Shown: positions 39,730-49,764, counted from the first letter of the stretch. The stretch is DNA of 64,000 bases from an uncultured Nitrososphaerota archaeon (GCA_963703285.1 OY969807.1:128001-192000); one strand, 5' to 3'. Notes: generated by a model from the sequence alone, not told the origin. Translations and numbers: made by a program.

Positions 39730-39834
39730 TGGGCTCGTCCTGCCTGTAGATGGGAGGCGCTAGCTGTCAGCAAATGGAATAGCTCGCTTCTGCCTCTAAA
39801 CGCCTAACAGAGCGAATTATGCGCTTATTTTAGA

Positions 39835-39850
39835 TAGCCCGACTAAGATT
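39835..39850 (-). repeat. Degenerate internal att copy
   Basis: TAGCCCGACTAAGATT, 15/16 to the tRNA-Gln 3' end. Confidence 0.65.
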
Positions 39851-40074
39851 ATATAAAAAAGCTTGGTATCTCATGCCTTGCGCAGGTTCTGCTTCCTTGT
39901 CGAGTGATTCCTGATTGCGCTACACTTCGGGTGATGGATTCTCGGGCGGGAAGATAGGCACGATCTGAAAATCATCGTCTGTTCGTTATTGTAACGAGAG
40001 AACAGACGATTAGTGCCTTTGATCGCTGTTAATATGCATCTTGCAAGAACGGTTCGGGAAGGATAAGTCGTTGG

Positions 40075-40638
40075 TTATTGAGGTCCAAATGCTTGAATGG
40101 CTCCTCCTCTCGATGAAGCTCCTCCTCCTCCTGATGAAGCTTCTGTTGGCTTAGGAATTGAACCCGGAATGGCGTGAACCTGGCCTTCTTTGTCAATTCT
40201 AAACGCACGTTGCCCTGTGTTTACGATGTACATTGGGTCTCCATCTTGAGCGAAGAAACTTGTTCTGTGGACCTCCATTACAATAGTCTGTGTGAAGATG
40301 GTAGTGCCGTCTGCTAGTTCGTATTGGTTCCACGGCGCGAACTCCTGTTCGAACTTCATGGGAATCAGTTCTTCCTTTGGTATCTTGTTCGCATCCGGGA
40401 TTGGTTCGGTCGGCTTTCCTCGGAGTTCCTTCGGGCAGATAGTGGTGAGGATTAGGCTGGTAGAACTGTAATACTTTCCTCTTGTCTCAGGCGTTTCTTT
40501 GATTATTGAATAGAACTTCGCCACCATCATTTTGGCCAGCACGATCGAACCGTCTTCGAGCCGATACCTGGAGAAGCCCTCGTGGGCGATTGAGAAGTCA
40601 ATCGGCTCCTGTTCCCAAAGTTCTATGCTGCCCGTCAT
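40075..40638 (-). CDS. Hypothetical protein with internally duplicated domain
   Basis: RYRLEDGSIV / QYELADGTTI repeat; ATG overlaps the upstream TAA. Confidence 0.7.
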   Translation of the reverse strand: MTGSIELWEQEPIDFSIAHEGFSRYRLEDGSIVLAKMMVAKFYSIIKETPETRGKYYSSTSLILTTICPKELRGKPTEPIPDANKIPKEELIPMKFEQEFAPWNQYELADGTTIFTQTIVMEVHRTSFFAQDGDPMYIVNTGQRAFRIDKEGQVHAIPGSIPKPTEASSGGGGASSRGGAIQAFGPQ

Positions 40639-41057
40639 TAGTAGTTCAAGATGACCTGTAGCGGTTGAAAATGTTCCTTGTCCGTTCGACCGGCGCCCAG
40701 TGAAGGAATTCTGATTTGAGCCCCAACCGTGGTCGGAACAAGTGAACGCATCATTGCTTGCAAAAGTGACCACCCGAAAGGAGAGAGCGTGTAGAAAGAA
40801 CTGCCCCTTTCGAACCTCTCTCTGGAGAACTGCCGAATCACGCCGGTTCGATGCAAGAGATCGAGGTGGTAGTTGAGCTGGCCATTCGCCAGACCTATTT
40901 TGTTTTGAATTTCGCTGTATGACATTTCTCTGTTTGAAAGAAGAACTTCAACTATCTTCCATCTGGTCGGGTGATCAAGTCCCTCGACCCCCTCTTTCAG
41001 CTCTTGAGGAACTGAATCTGAAGGCATGATGATCTTTTCCATGTCCATGGTCTTCAA
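40638..41057 (-). CDS. ArsR-family winged-helix regulator
   Basis: LDHPTRWKIV, LNYHLDLL, YTLSPFG. Confidence 0.8.
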   Translation of the reverse strand: MKTMDMEKIIMPSDSVPQELKEGVEGLDHPTRWKIVEVLLSNREMSYSEIQNKIGLANGQLNYHLDLLHRTGVIRQFSRERFERGSSFYTLSPFGWSLLQAMMRSLVPTTVGAQIRIPSLGAGRTDKEHFQPLQVILNY

Positions 41058-41116
41058 AGTTGAGACAAATATATTTGTCTCAAGCCTATAAGTCTAGTGG
41101 ATTCGTACTCCATCGG

Positions 41117-41635
41117 TTGAGTCTTCCCTTCGGAGAGGAAATCTCCGAATTCCAAGGTAGAAAAAGGGAATTGACGGTGACTTTGTACGGTTCTTACGAA
41201 AGTGGTTTAGTTCGGAGTCTTGACCGTTTAAAGGAACTCAAGAGCTGCCTGATTGGTCGCGGATACCTTAAAACGAGCTTGGTTTCTGATTATCCCTTTA
41301 GGAAAAGGGAGGAATCCGAATCAGAAGACGCATACTGGGCTGCGAAAAGTTTCTATTGGATTGCGAGAAGTGACGTCAATGTCTTCGCGTTTCTTTGCGG
41401 AATGAGGGCTGGAAGTCCGGCTGTGGAGTTGGCAAGCATGAAGGACGAGGCCAGCCTTATCGCAAAGACAATCGTACTCTTTGAGGAGAGATGTTACAAC
41501 CAAATCGAAACCTTGATTCGGGGGTTTGTGAAGTTGCAGGGGGTAGACTGGGCGACCTTCAAAAATGAGGCTGAACTTTGTTCTCTAAGTGCTTCAAAAT
41601 GCCACAGCGAACTGTTCAAGCCGAGTGGATCATGA
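41117..41635 (+). CDS. Nucleoside deoxyribosyltransferase/TIR-like fold protein
   Basis: LYGSY, SDVNVFAF, GSPAVEL pattern; fold inferred. Confidence 0.5.
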   Translation: MSLPFGEEISEFQGRKRELTVTLYGSYESGLVRSLDRLKELKSCLIGRGYLKTSLVSDYPFRKREESESEDAYWAAKSFYWIARSDVNVFAFLCGMRAGSPAVELASMKDEASLIAKTIVLFEERCYNQIETLIRGFVKLQGVDWATFKNEAELCSLSASKCHSELFKPSGS

Positions 41636-41832
41636 GTCTATTGCCAAGCGCGGCTTGATTGCTTTCGCTAAGGATCTTGCATCTTCTCAAGAAACATGAG
41701 CGGCCCTGCCGTCTCCCTGCCTCGTCGTGATCTTCGAGCAGTACTCCTTCTCGTAGAGAGGCAAAGCCATCGTCCTCCGGGGCTCTAGGATTTGCGAGAA
41801 AAATCTGCCGTCTTTGACATCCCGATCCTGCC

Positions 41833-41884
41833 AAGTCGCATAGCAGCCCTCGCAGGATTCGCTACTAGGATGGGGTTGGAACCA
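41833..41884. repeat. ~50-bp imperfect copy of the distal att region (38312-38363)
   Basis: AGGATTCGCTACTAGGATGGGGTTGGAACCA exact in both; AGTCGCA and AGCCC also shared. Confidence 0.85.
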
Positions 41885-42122
41885 AAACCCAGGATGTCTG
41901 CCAGTTCCAGGCCCATGGGCGTCGCTGTCATGATGACTAAATCATGCTTTCCGGTTTAGAAGGTGGCTCACGACTCTTCACTAACGGAGAGATCTGACGT
42001 CTCATCGTTTATATTTCAAGCCCATTTCCGCCATGTGAATGAAAGGAGAAGGAGGGCAGACGCCCGTTCAGAGACAGACTTGTCCCATATGCTTATCAAA
42101 AACAGTTCCACTTCGATGACGC

Positions 42123-42599
42123 ATGGCAGAGGTCCACAAGTGCCCCGTGTGTGGAAAGGGAACTCCTACGAGTCCACCTGCGCCCGGCTTTTTTGTCGCT
42201 TATTCCTGCGGCCATACCGCACTGGAGCCTCCTTCGCCTCAAGAAGTGGCACTCCACGTCCAACCGATGCGTTCCCCGACTCTTGGGGAGAAACTCGAAT
42301 TCAACTTGAACCAGCCTCTTTACTTGTCCACGGATCCCACAGCCACTAAGCTGGAGAATCTCGCCAGTTATGCAACAACCGTGTCGGCGGCTGTTGGACA
42401 GATTCAAGGTAACGGCTCGGCGGCTGTCAGCGTTGAACATCTCACGGCAATCAAGACATCCCTTGACACGCTGACGTCTGGCATGAGGGAAGTCGAACGC
42501 GAAGTAAAGAAGGGGAACGCATGGGGCAGAGTGTTGCTCCTACTCGTTGTGGGTGGGGCAATAGGTGCGGCCATCACTTTCATCGTTCAGCACCTCTGA
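42123..42599 (+). CDS. Hypothetical protein: Zn ribbon, coiled coil, C-terminal TM
   Basis: CPVC...CGH; hydrophobic C-terminus. Confidence 0.6.
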   Translation: MAEVHKCPVCGKGTPTSPPAPGFFVAYSCGHTALEPPSPQEVALHVQPMRSPTLGEKLEFNLNQPLYLSTDPTATKLENLASYATTVSAAVGQIQGNGSAAVSVEHLTAIKTSLDTLTSGMREVEREVKKGNAWGRVLLLLVVGGAIGAAITFIVQHL

Positions 42600-43043
42600 G
42601 CCGTGCTGCGTCCATTCAGGATTTTCTGGATTTCATCGAGGATTGCCTCCCTTTCGTGGTCGACCTTCACGGCCAGTTCAATGAGCTTCTCTTTGACCTC
42701 ATCGTCTGCAATCTCCGAGTCTACCTGTTCCAGGAATCTCCCTATTCTACGCGCGCATTGCTCACCTCCGCCGATGACTTCGCCGGCGAGAAAGATGGCT
42801 ACCCCCCCCGTCGGCGTATACGATCAGCTTGTCCCACGGGACTAGCGTGTGGTCATCCTCGGTCATGAGTGCGAGAGGATGGTCTAGAATCCTATCGATA
42901 CACTCGGTCAGCTTAGCTCGGTCTACGAAGTTAGAATAGTCATCCTCGAATTCTAGGTCTAGCATCATCTCCTTGCTATGGATGGCATATCGTAGCGACT
43001 CCCTCAGACCACTCGGCTTCTTCAGCCTCGGCCCAACCTTCAT
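42587..43043 (-). CDS. Hypothetical protein frameshifted in a G8 tract (42802-42809)
   Basis: Removing one G joins ..IVYADGG to VAIFLAGEV..EKLIELAVK..QRC*. Confidence 0.5.
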
Positions 43044-43082
43044 TATTCTGTCTACGATATCCTTGTTCCCAACCGTCAGGTC

Positions 43083-43508
43083 ATGATGAAAGTCTTCCAG
43101 GGCGATGCGCTTTTTCGGAGAGCACTTAGGGACAATGGGTTCATCCCAAGGGGGTCGGATGATCGGCCAAGGGATTGGAACTGCTGGATTACGAACTTAG
43201 TAAAATGCCCCTGTAGGACCCATTTCTGGCGGCATGAACTTGAGAAGAACAGGAAAGAAGACACGCTGCAAAAAAGTGCGGACTTTCTAAATGATGAGGT
43301 AGGAGCAATCTCTCCAAGGATGGTCGTCATGATGGGTAGGGAAGTGGAATCATGCTTTGAGACCTATGCCTCCCGACTAGAGGACCTACCCAAGCAGCGC
43401 CGATGGGTCTACCACTATGCGCACAAGTTCGGCGAAGCAAAGGAGACCGAGTACGAGAAGAGATTACACGAAGTAGCTGAAGAGTGTTGGAAGGTGGCGA
43501 AGAAATGA
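43083..43508 (+). CDS. Uracil-DNA glycosylase superfamily protein, probably N-truncated
   Basis: WITNLVKC, L.DEV.AISP.MVVMMGR, YHY. Confidence 0.65.
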   Translation: MMKVFQGDALFRRALRDNGFIPRGSDDRPRDWNCWITNLVKCPCRTHFWRHELEKNRKEDTLQKSADFLNDEVGAISPRMVVMMGREVESCFETYASRLEDLPKQRRWVYHYAHKFGEAKETEYEKRLHEVAEECWKVAKK

Positions 43509-43532
43509 AGGAACGCCTCGACCACCCTGCCT

Positions 43533-43817
43533 ATGAAGCAGAACCGAAGGGGACTGCCTATGGTCAACATATTCCTTAGCCTGTTCTGGTCATTCATGGC
43601 AATAGCATTCCTGATTCTTTCCATTCACACTCAGAGGTTGCGCAAGAACATCCACGGGAAATTGCAATCTATCAAGGTCATAACTGAAACCGGCCAGCTT
43701 GCTTTTCCGAACCTCGCACCCTTAGAAGAGATAGTTAGGGACATCCTGATAGCTGAAATCGTGGTCTTCTTGTTATCGATTGCAGCGGCGATTGTAGGAC
43801 TTCTTGGCGCCGTATAA
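43533..43817 (+). CDS. Hypothetical 2-TM protein
   Basis: Two hydrophobic segments. Confidence 0.5.
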   Translation: MKQNRRGLPMVNIFLSLFWSFMAIAFLILSIHTQRLRKNIHGKLQSIKVITETGQLAFPNLAPLEEIVRDILIAEIVVFLLSIAAAIVGLLGAV

Positions 43818-44042
43818 TCAGACGGAACAGCTGAATGAGGCTGCTCAGAGATGCTCATTAGTCGGGTGGTAAGGCTCTCAAGGCGGAGAGGAACCTGGAT
43901 CACCTATCCCCTTCGCCCGAATTCGACATCAATCAACTGCCGAACCTCGTCAGCTACTTTGACTTCCCTCTTCGTCCATGAGGTTGGTGTTGCATCAACA
44001 AGCAAGAGGCAGGAATTGCTTAAGAGGCAAGCTGCGACTTGA

Positions 44043-44888
44043 TTGAGTGGTCTTTCGTTGAAATTTGAGCTAAAAGGCAATTGGGGTACCACGATAGTGG
44101 TGTTGTTCTGGGCTCTGATCATATTGGGCGCTGTATCGATTGGCTATGGTTTCTATTATCTGCACTCGCCACATCCCCAAACAAACCCGAAAACTATTCA
44201 CGAGGGAGTGACACTGTTCATCCCCGGCTCCCTGTACGTTTCAGAAGTCAATATCACAGCCTCGACCACAGATGTTTTTGCTTCATTCAACACATTCAAT
44301 CTTACGATGCACATCCAGTTCAGCAATGCTCAAAGTATATCGAAAGCGTACTTCCTAATCATCCCGACTTCGTTCAATTCATCTGTGCTCAGTACTACTG
44401 ATTCGATTCAAAAATACGTGACCACCTCACTGGCAGAAGGAAATGGATTCAACCTTACGAATACAATCAAGAATTACTCCGCCAGCTCAGTGAATGAGTT
44501 TCCCGTAAGGGCTACTGCCGACTTCAGCATTTCTGACGATGGTGAGTACACTATCATGTCAGTAATCCTTCCCAATGACGGTACATTCGAGATTGGTCAT
44601 GTCGACCAAACTTTGCTGAACGTACTGCCCTACTCTAGCTACTTGGAAGCGGAAAGCGTGAGAGAGGTGGCTCAATCGACAGTAATTCAACTTTGGCTAT
44701 CATACATCGTGCTCGGTTTCACATCAGTGGTCTCTTCCTTCACACTGTCGCAAGTTGTTGATGTAAAGCAGAAACCCGAAAGGAAGACCACAATGATTTG
44801 GTTACTGGTCTTGCTAGTAGTCTTGACGACTCTCTGGTTCATCTTCTTCAGCCGAGTCGAGTTCGGTGTAACGTATGTCTTTCTCTAG
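44043..44888 (+). CDS. Hypothetical membrane protein with extracellular beta domain
   Basis: N-terminal TM, several N-x-S/T sequons, two C-terminal TMs. Confidence 0.65.
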   Translation: MSGLSLKFELKGNWGTTIVVLFWALIILGAVSIGYGFYYLHSPHPQTNPKTIHEGVTLFIPGSLYVSEVNITASTTDVFASFNTFNLTMHIQFSNAQSISKAYFLIIPTSFNSSVLSTTDSIQKYVTTSLAEGNGFNLTNTIKNYSASSVNEFPVRATADFSISDDGEYTIMSVILPNDGTFEIGHVDQTLLNVLPYSSYLEAESVREVAQSTVIQLWLSYIVLGFTSVVSSFTLSQVVDVKQKPERKTTMIWLLVLLVVLTTLWFIFFSRVEFGVTYVFL

Positions 44889-45085
44889 GGTCTTACTGTC
44901 CTAAACGGTGAAATGGCTCTGCATCAGATGGTCGAGGAAACGCATCACCATTGGATAGAAGACAAGAAGATTTGGAATGATATTCTGGGCTGAGCAGATT
45001 CAAAAGGGAATCCAGCTTTGGGCTGTTTGGTACGTGGGCCATTAAATAAGTGGCCCCAAGGGAGGGAAATGCATGGTGTCTATGA

Positions 45086-45805
45086 ATGGCTGAATCCGAA
45101 ACTGCCGGACCAGTCCGTTCGTTCTTCGACAAGAGATACACGTTTCCCGGTTACACTTTCCTGCTAGTAGTAACACTGGCGCTGGCGAATAGGGTTGTTG
45201 GCTTCGTCGGGAATTCAGGAGGCCAGACCGCCACACTCATTCTGGGAGTGGTATTGCTGTTGGACGGAGCGCCGCTGGGTTTCCTAATCTCACAGCCTTG
45301 GTTTGTAATCCTGAACCACTATGTTAAACCCAACTCCCTCTGGGTGAACAACATCAAGAGCGCGGATTCCAGTTTGAAGGAGGACACAAGCATGGCCCTT
45401 GTGGCCGGAGACCTCCTGGTCTTTTCTGAACAAAAGCAGACCGAGATGAAGGAATACTTGAGGAGGAGGATTGACCTGGTTAACCTGATGGGTTCAATCA
45501 TGTTAGCCATTCCGTTCGCAACTGTCGCTTCCTTCGTATTGGATAGATTGTGGAAATCCACACCGCCCAACCCATCCTTCAACCACGCAGTCTACCTGAT
45601 GTACTTCCTTCTAGTTTTGTTAGAAGCCACGATTTACCTCGCATATCGGTCCACTAGGCGGGAATGGGATCTAGCGTCGTGGGCAATGATGAGGGAAGCC
45701 ATAGACAAAGACACCCCAGCATTCAAGAGCCTTGTGCAAAGGTTAGCAGAGGACGCCAGGAAGCAAACAGAACCGAACAAATTGGCTCAACCTACCAAGA
45801 GCTGA
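45086..45805 (+). CDS. Hypothetical 4-TM protein
   Basis: FPGYTFLL N-terminal pattern; two TM hairpins around a soluble loop. Confidence 0.65.
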   Translation: MAESETAGPVRSFFDKRYTFPGYTFLLVVTLALANRVVGFVGNSGGQTATLILGVVLLLDGAPLGFLISQPWFVILNHYVKPNSLWVNNIKSADSSLKEDTSMALVAGDLLVFSEQKQTEMKEYLRRRIDLVNLMGSIMLAIPFATVASFVLDRLWKSTPPNPSFNHAVYLMYFLLVLLEATIYLAYRSTRREWDLASWAMMREAIDKDTPAFKSLVQRLAEDARKQTEPNKLAQPTKS

Positions 45806-46016
45806 CTTGAGGGTGCGTGAAGAGCACCACAAACAATGCTCGAACTTCATTAAGACTTCTTTCTATACTTGCTTTGATACTAACACCGTGATCTTCAAAA
45901 ATGAGAAGCGTTGGGAACCCACACGGGGGCTAGCCCCATCGGACCTAGCTCTGAAGGAAGAGTTTTTGGCAGGACTCGCAGCGAACCTTACCTATTGGAG
46001 CCCCTAAATATACGTG

Positions 46017-46904
46017 TTAGCTACTTGGCGCGATAGCAACCCGTCCAACGTCTCGCCAGTCAATGGATTCGATGAACCCATCTAATCGTCTGAGTATCAG
46101 ACGGCTCGCGATATGACCGACTACGCCCCGGATTGGCTCTCGCGTTTGATTCTTTCCTTTTAGCGCAACTTCGATTGTTAAACCAGTATCAGCGAAGTAT
46201 CTAAGAAAGAAAAGATCTTGGAAGTGGAAAACAAGGCGATCAGTGAACCGATGAAACACGAACAAGAGAATTGCGAATGACGGTACAAAAACTGCTACGG
46301 AAAAGAGAAAGCTAGATGATTCCAGCGCCGCATACGTCGCCGCACGATTCGCCCCGACGTCAAATGCGAACGTCCTGAAGACGAGCGCAAGAAAGAAGAG
46401 TAGTACAAGAGTCGAGTACAGAAAAGTGGATTTGACGCATGAGTAAAGGAGCAGTAATCCGTTAGAAGGCGAGCGTATACTCGGCTCTTTCAGCACACGA
46501 TTAATAGCGAAAGTCGATAAAAAGGCCATGGTCACCATTAACACAAGCAGTACTAGTACAGCGTAGCTAACCACCGAGTAAGTGACCACAGGACCATAGA
46601 CTAGTGCTAGGTCTACTAGAATCAGCCCGGTGATGAAGACGAGAAAATTGGTCTCTTGCAGAAGAATGGTCCTGAGCTTGGTCTTGCCCTTTACGAATCT
46701 GGCAGGAGTTCGAACCAACCAGTAGAAATTGGAGAAACCTCCGTTGCACTCCGCCAGAAGCGATAGTATCTTGTTTCTCGCCGATGTTGTGTTCTCTGGT
46801 GAGAGGAATTGTCCCTGTCCCGCTCGCTCGACCAAGACTACGAGAATCGAGACTACGGATACCCCGAGGTATATCAGGTAAAGTGCGTCAGTGAGTGTTA
46901 CCAT
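46017..46904 (-). CDS. Hypothetical multi-TM protein with small C-terminal Sm-like domain
   Basis: Five TMs; IRGVVGHI..LIL..IDWRDVGRVAI tail. Confidence 0.6.
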   Translation of the reverse strand: MVTLTDALYLIYLGVSVVSILVVLVERAGQGQFLSPENTTSARNKILSLLAECNGGFSNFYWLVRTPARFVKGKTKLRTILLQETNFLVFITGLILVDLALVYGPVVTYSVVSYAVLVLLVLMVTMAFLSTFAINRVLKEPSIRSPSNGLLLLYSCVKSTFLYSTLVLLFFLALVFRTFAFDVGANRAATYAALESSSFLFSVAVFVPSFAILLFVFHRFTDRLVFHFQDLFFLRYFADTGLTIEVALKGKNQTREPIRGVVGHIASRLILRRLDGFIESIDWRDVGRVAIAPSS

Positions 46905-47139
46905 TCAGAGAACACAGGCGATCCCTACAAGATGATGACAGAGCTTGATAAGCTTGCCACGGAACATCGTTCCCCGAAAGTGCAATGCGTAGAAGGCAAG
47001 AAGTCAAGTTGGAAAGCATGAGTACGCTCCCAAGCCATCGAATCCTGTGCGAGAGCGTCGGCCGATTCTTCGGAGGTCTCGCAGTTTGGGAGAATTGGCG
47101 ACGCGACCTACGAAAAGCACGAAGCCAAGAACCCAATTC

Positions 47140-48138
47140 CTAGCGTGACGAGACCCGTAGGAGATAGTCGCAGACTGTTTCGGTGGTTTGGAGAACGAGC
47201 TTTCCCTCGCCAGGATTGGCTTTGAATCGATCGTGAACGTCCTCGCTGATGTAAGAATAGAAACTTGAAATGAATGTCTCAGTCCATTTGTCTATCTTTT
47301 TGTTGGCCCTCAGCTTCGTGAGGTCATTTCCGAACTTGTCAGTTTTCCCAACTGTGTGTTCCATCGTGTACTCCATCACCTGTTCCAATACAGACCGACA
47401 ATTCTTGACAGCGTCCTCGGGATTGCCCTGAATCAGTTTGGTATCAGCTTGCGAAAGCAACTCGCTGACGGAGTTTAATCCTCGCTGTGCTAGCTTGCTT
47501 CTTAGTTCCGTAATTCTCACAAGAGGTCGAACTGCGGCCGGTTCTATCTCCGTACCTCCGAGAACAGCGACCATAATCTTCTTGATTAATTCCGTTGCTT
47601 CAATCTGAGCATCACTAATGTGCTGACCGAGCTGGTCTATGCCGCCCTGCTGTGCGATTATGAAGTACATCACGGGCTTCACTAGAATCTCGGCTTCCAT
47701 GCGACCTCCTTGCTCGTGGTCGAAGATTATGCTGACTTCATTGGGTAACCCGGGACGCGCATTGCTGAGTTGTTTGAAATAGTCGTCCGACCTATCGAAG
47801 AACCGGTTCCTCGGAGCAGGAAGCTTCCTAACAAGAATGATTGACTGACCCACCGACGCACCGCCCCATAACTCGACCTGACCGCCGTAATTGAGCGATT
47901 TTACAACCTTCTCAAGAATCTCATCGACCGCCATGTAAGGCATCCCATATCTAGCTCTAACTACAAGCTGCTCTAACTCGGGCCGCCTGTAAGCATCCTT
48001 GGGGAATCTCTTCGACAGCTCGCGCTGCTTCCCAAACATGTACGCGATTACCGCGACCAGAATTAGCAGGATAACCCATGTTAAAGTGAGAGATGAAGAT
48101 TCGGTCTGAAGAACGAACGAGGTGGGTCCTACAGACAT
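47140..48138 (-). CDS. TM-anchored protein with C-terminal HEPN/Abi_C-like domain
   Basis: GNPEDAVKNCRSVLE ... SYISEDVH ... helical pattern. Confidence 0.55.
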   Translation of the reverse strand: MSVGPTSFVLQTESSSLTLTWVILLILVAVIAYMFGKQRELSKRFPKDAYRRPELEQLVVRARYGMPYMAVDEILEKVVKSLNYGGQVELWGGASVGQSIILVRKLPAPRNRFFDRSDDYFKQLSNARPGLPNEVSIIFDHEQGGRMEAEILVKPVMYFIIAQQGGIDQLGQHISDAQIEATELIKKIMVAVLGGTEIEPAAVRPLVRITELRSKLAQRGLNSVSELLSQADTKLIQGNPEDAVKNCRSVLEQVMEYTMEHTVGKTDKFGNDLTKLRANKKIDKWTETFISSFYSYISEDVHDRFKANPGEGKLVLQTTETVCDYLLRVSSR

Positions 48139-48284
48139 TTGTCGCTCGCCAAGCGGCTAAGAAAAGACGGCTAATGAACCTAATCGGGGTGTAATCCAAT
48201 CGGGCCCGCTACCATGCAGGTCCGCCTATGCTAGAGGCTATGGACATCAGGGCAGCGATGAGCATCAAAGCCGATTGATTCTCG

Positions 48285-49637
48285 TCATTTCTTAGCGGAA
48301 GCGGCCTTCCTCTGGAGAGCCTCTCGAACAGACCTCTTGAACTCCGGGTTTTGAAATAGTTTGTTCATTATCTCATCAGACTTCCTTTGCTTCTCACTGA
48401 CCTCGGCTTGTCTTGACTCCGTTTTTCCAAGGCGATCAGCAAGAATCTTTACCTGTTCTTGAAGCTCATTATTCTGCTTTGTCAAGGAAGCAACCAAGCC
48501 CTTCGTTGAACCTTCACGCTCTCTAGCATTCACTTCTGATTCGTAGACAAGCTTCCATTCGTCAGTAACGGTAAGTTCGGGAACAGCCCTCAGATAATCG
48601 TTGAGCATATCATCCTCTGTCGGCCGGTTATAGCTCTCCTTAAGCCCGGTGTCGTGGTCTTCAAGCATCTCGACATGAAGACTCTTCATGCTTCTCTCAC
48701 AGGTCGTGTCGAAGAATTTCCTGAAACCGTGAGTTGCCTTGAACGGATGCCTCCGGATGCCGGCAGGCAACTTCTCCCTCAGGCCCGCGCTAACGATAGC
48801 GGCGGTAACGAACTTCTTAACGACCCTAGAGTTCATCGGGAGAGGTCTCGTCGGCCCACCAGACCCGCCTTTGTCGTTGTACAGAAGGTCTCTAATCACG
48901 GGGGAGGCTGGAGTAATCTTTTCACCTTGAGTTCCGCGATACTGCATGTACTCCGCAACTGCCGCATAAGCTTCCGGCGTCACAAAGGTATTGTACCATC
49001 TCTTCGACTTCGTGTTGTAAGCTCTCAACTTTGCCGCCACGAGTTTGTCGTTCCTTTCGACCTTCTCAAAGTTGCCCCATTGCATGAAGTCCCAGCTTCC
49101 GACCCTGATGCCGGAAGACAGCATAACCAGAACGACAGGCTTGATTCGTCTGTCAGGATACTGAAGAATTTTCCTGACCTCCTCAAGGGAAGGCGGACGG
49201 TCGTCGGCAGCGTGCCTGCCCTTGGGCATTTTCTTTGAGAGCTTGGCCCAGTTGATTGGTACATCATTCATTGTGCAGAACAACTTCAACGGCTTCATGT
49301 ATATGCTGACGGTGCTGGCGGCAATCTCACCGGCCTCAACACGGTCCTTGACTTCTCTAAGAAAGGAGTCAACAGTGCTTGTCGCCCACTCTGGCTCCTT
49401 CTTCGACCTGCTTACGAACTTGCTGGCAAGCCCACGTGTTGCCTCCTGAATCTCGCGCTCGGCCTTCTGGTCAATTTGCATGCCTTGGCGACCGGTTGGC
49501 AGAAACCCGTTTTCGGCACCATAGACCCACGAAAGGAACTGCCTCAACCTAAGCTCATACTTGCGCCTAGTGGTTGGACTCCCGATGGCATCATAGAACT
49601 CGGTCATGGGATCAAGCGCCTCTTTCTCCGTCAGCAT
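48285..49637 (-). CDS. Tyrosine recombinase/integrase
   Basis: SSGIRVG (R), TKSK, HGFRKFF (HxxR), EDHDTG, ESY; adjacent to tRNA 3' end. Confidence 0.92.
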   Translation of the reverse strand: MLTEKEALDPMTEFYDAIGSPTTRRKYELRLRQFLSWVYGAENGFLPTGRQGMQIDQKAEREIQEATRGLASKFVSRSKKEPEWATSTVDSFLREVKDRVEAGEIAASTVSIYMKPLKLFCTMNDVPINWAKLSKKMPKGRHAADDRPPSLEEVRKILQYPDRRIKPVVLVMLSSGIRVGSWDFMQWGNFEKVERNDKLVAAKLRAYNTKSKRWYNTFVTPEAYAAVAEYMQYRGTQGEKITPASPVIRDLLYNDKGGSGGPTRPLPMNSRVVKKFVTAAIVSAGLREKLPAGIRRHPFKATHGFRKFFDTTCERSMKSLHVEMLEDHDTGLKESYNRPTEDDMLNDYLRAVPELTVTDEWKLVYESEVNAREREGSTKGLVASLTKQNNELQEQVKILADRLGKTESRQAEVSEKQRKSDEIMNKLFQNPEFKRSVREALQRKAASAKK

Positions 49638-49691
49638 GAGCTATCGCATCAACGCAATATAAAGAGGATAATAAAAGCACCAAGATAGGAG

Positions 49692-49764
49692 TAGCCCGAC
49701 TAGGATTCGAACCTAGGTCAAGGGCTCCAGAGGCCCCTATCCTTGGCCACTAGACGATCGGGCT
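49692..49764 (-). tRNA. tRNA-Gln(CTG)
   Basis: AGCCCGA/TCGGGCT acceptor, loop CT-CTG-GA, CTAGG-TTCGAAT-CCTAG T-arm. Confidence 0.95.

Larger units (their letters stand above)
38322..49709 (-). mobile_element. ~11.4-kb integrated element at the tRNA-Gln 3' end
   Basis: 19-bp direct repeat GTAGCCCGACTAGGATTCG at 38322-38340 and 49691-49709; tyrosine integrase next to the tRNA; lower GC and ORFans inside. Confidence 0.88.

Noticed and set aside
38322-49637. Classical integron or provirus
   Set aside because: The integrase lacks recognisable IntI features, I found no attC-like palindromes between genes, and there are no capsid, packaging or replication genes.
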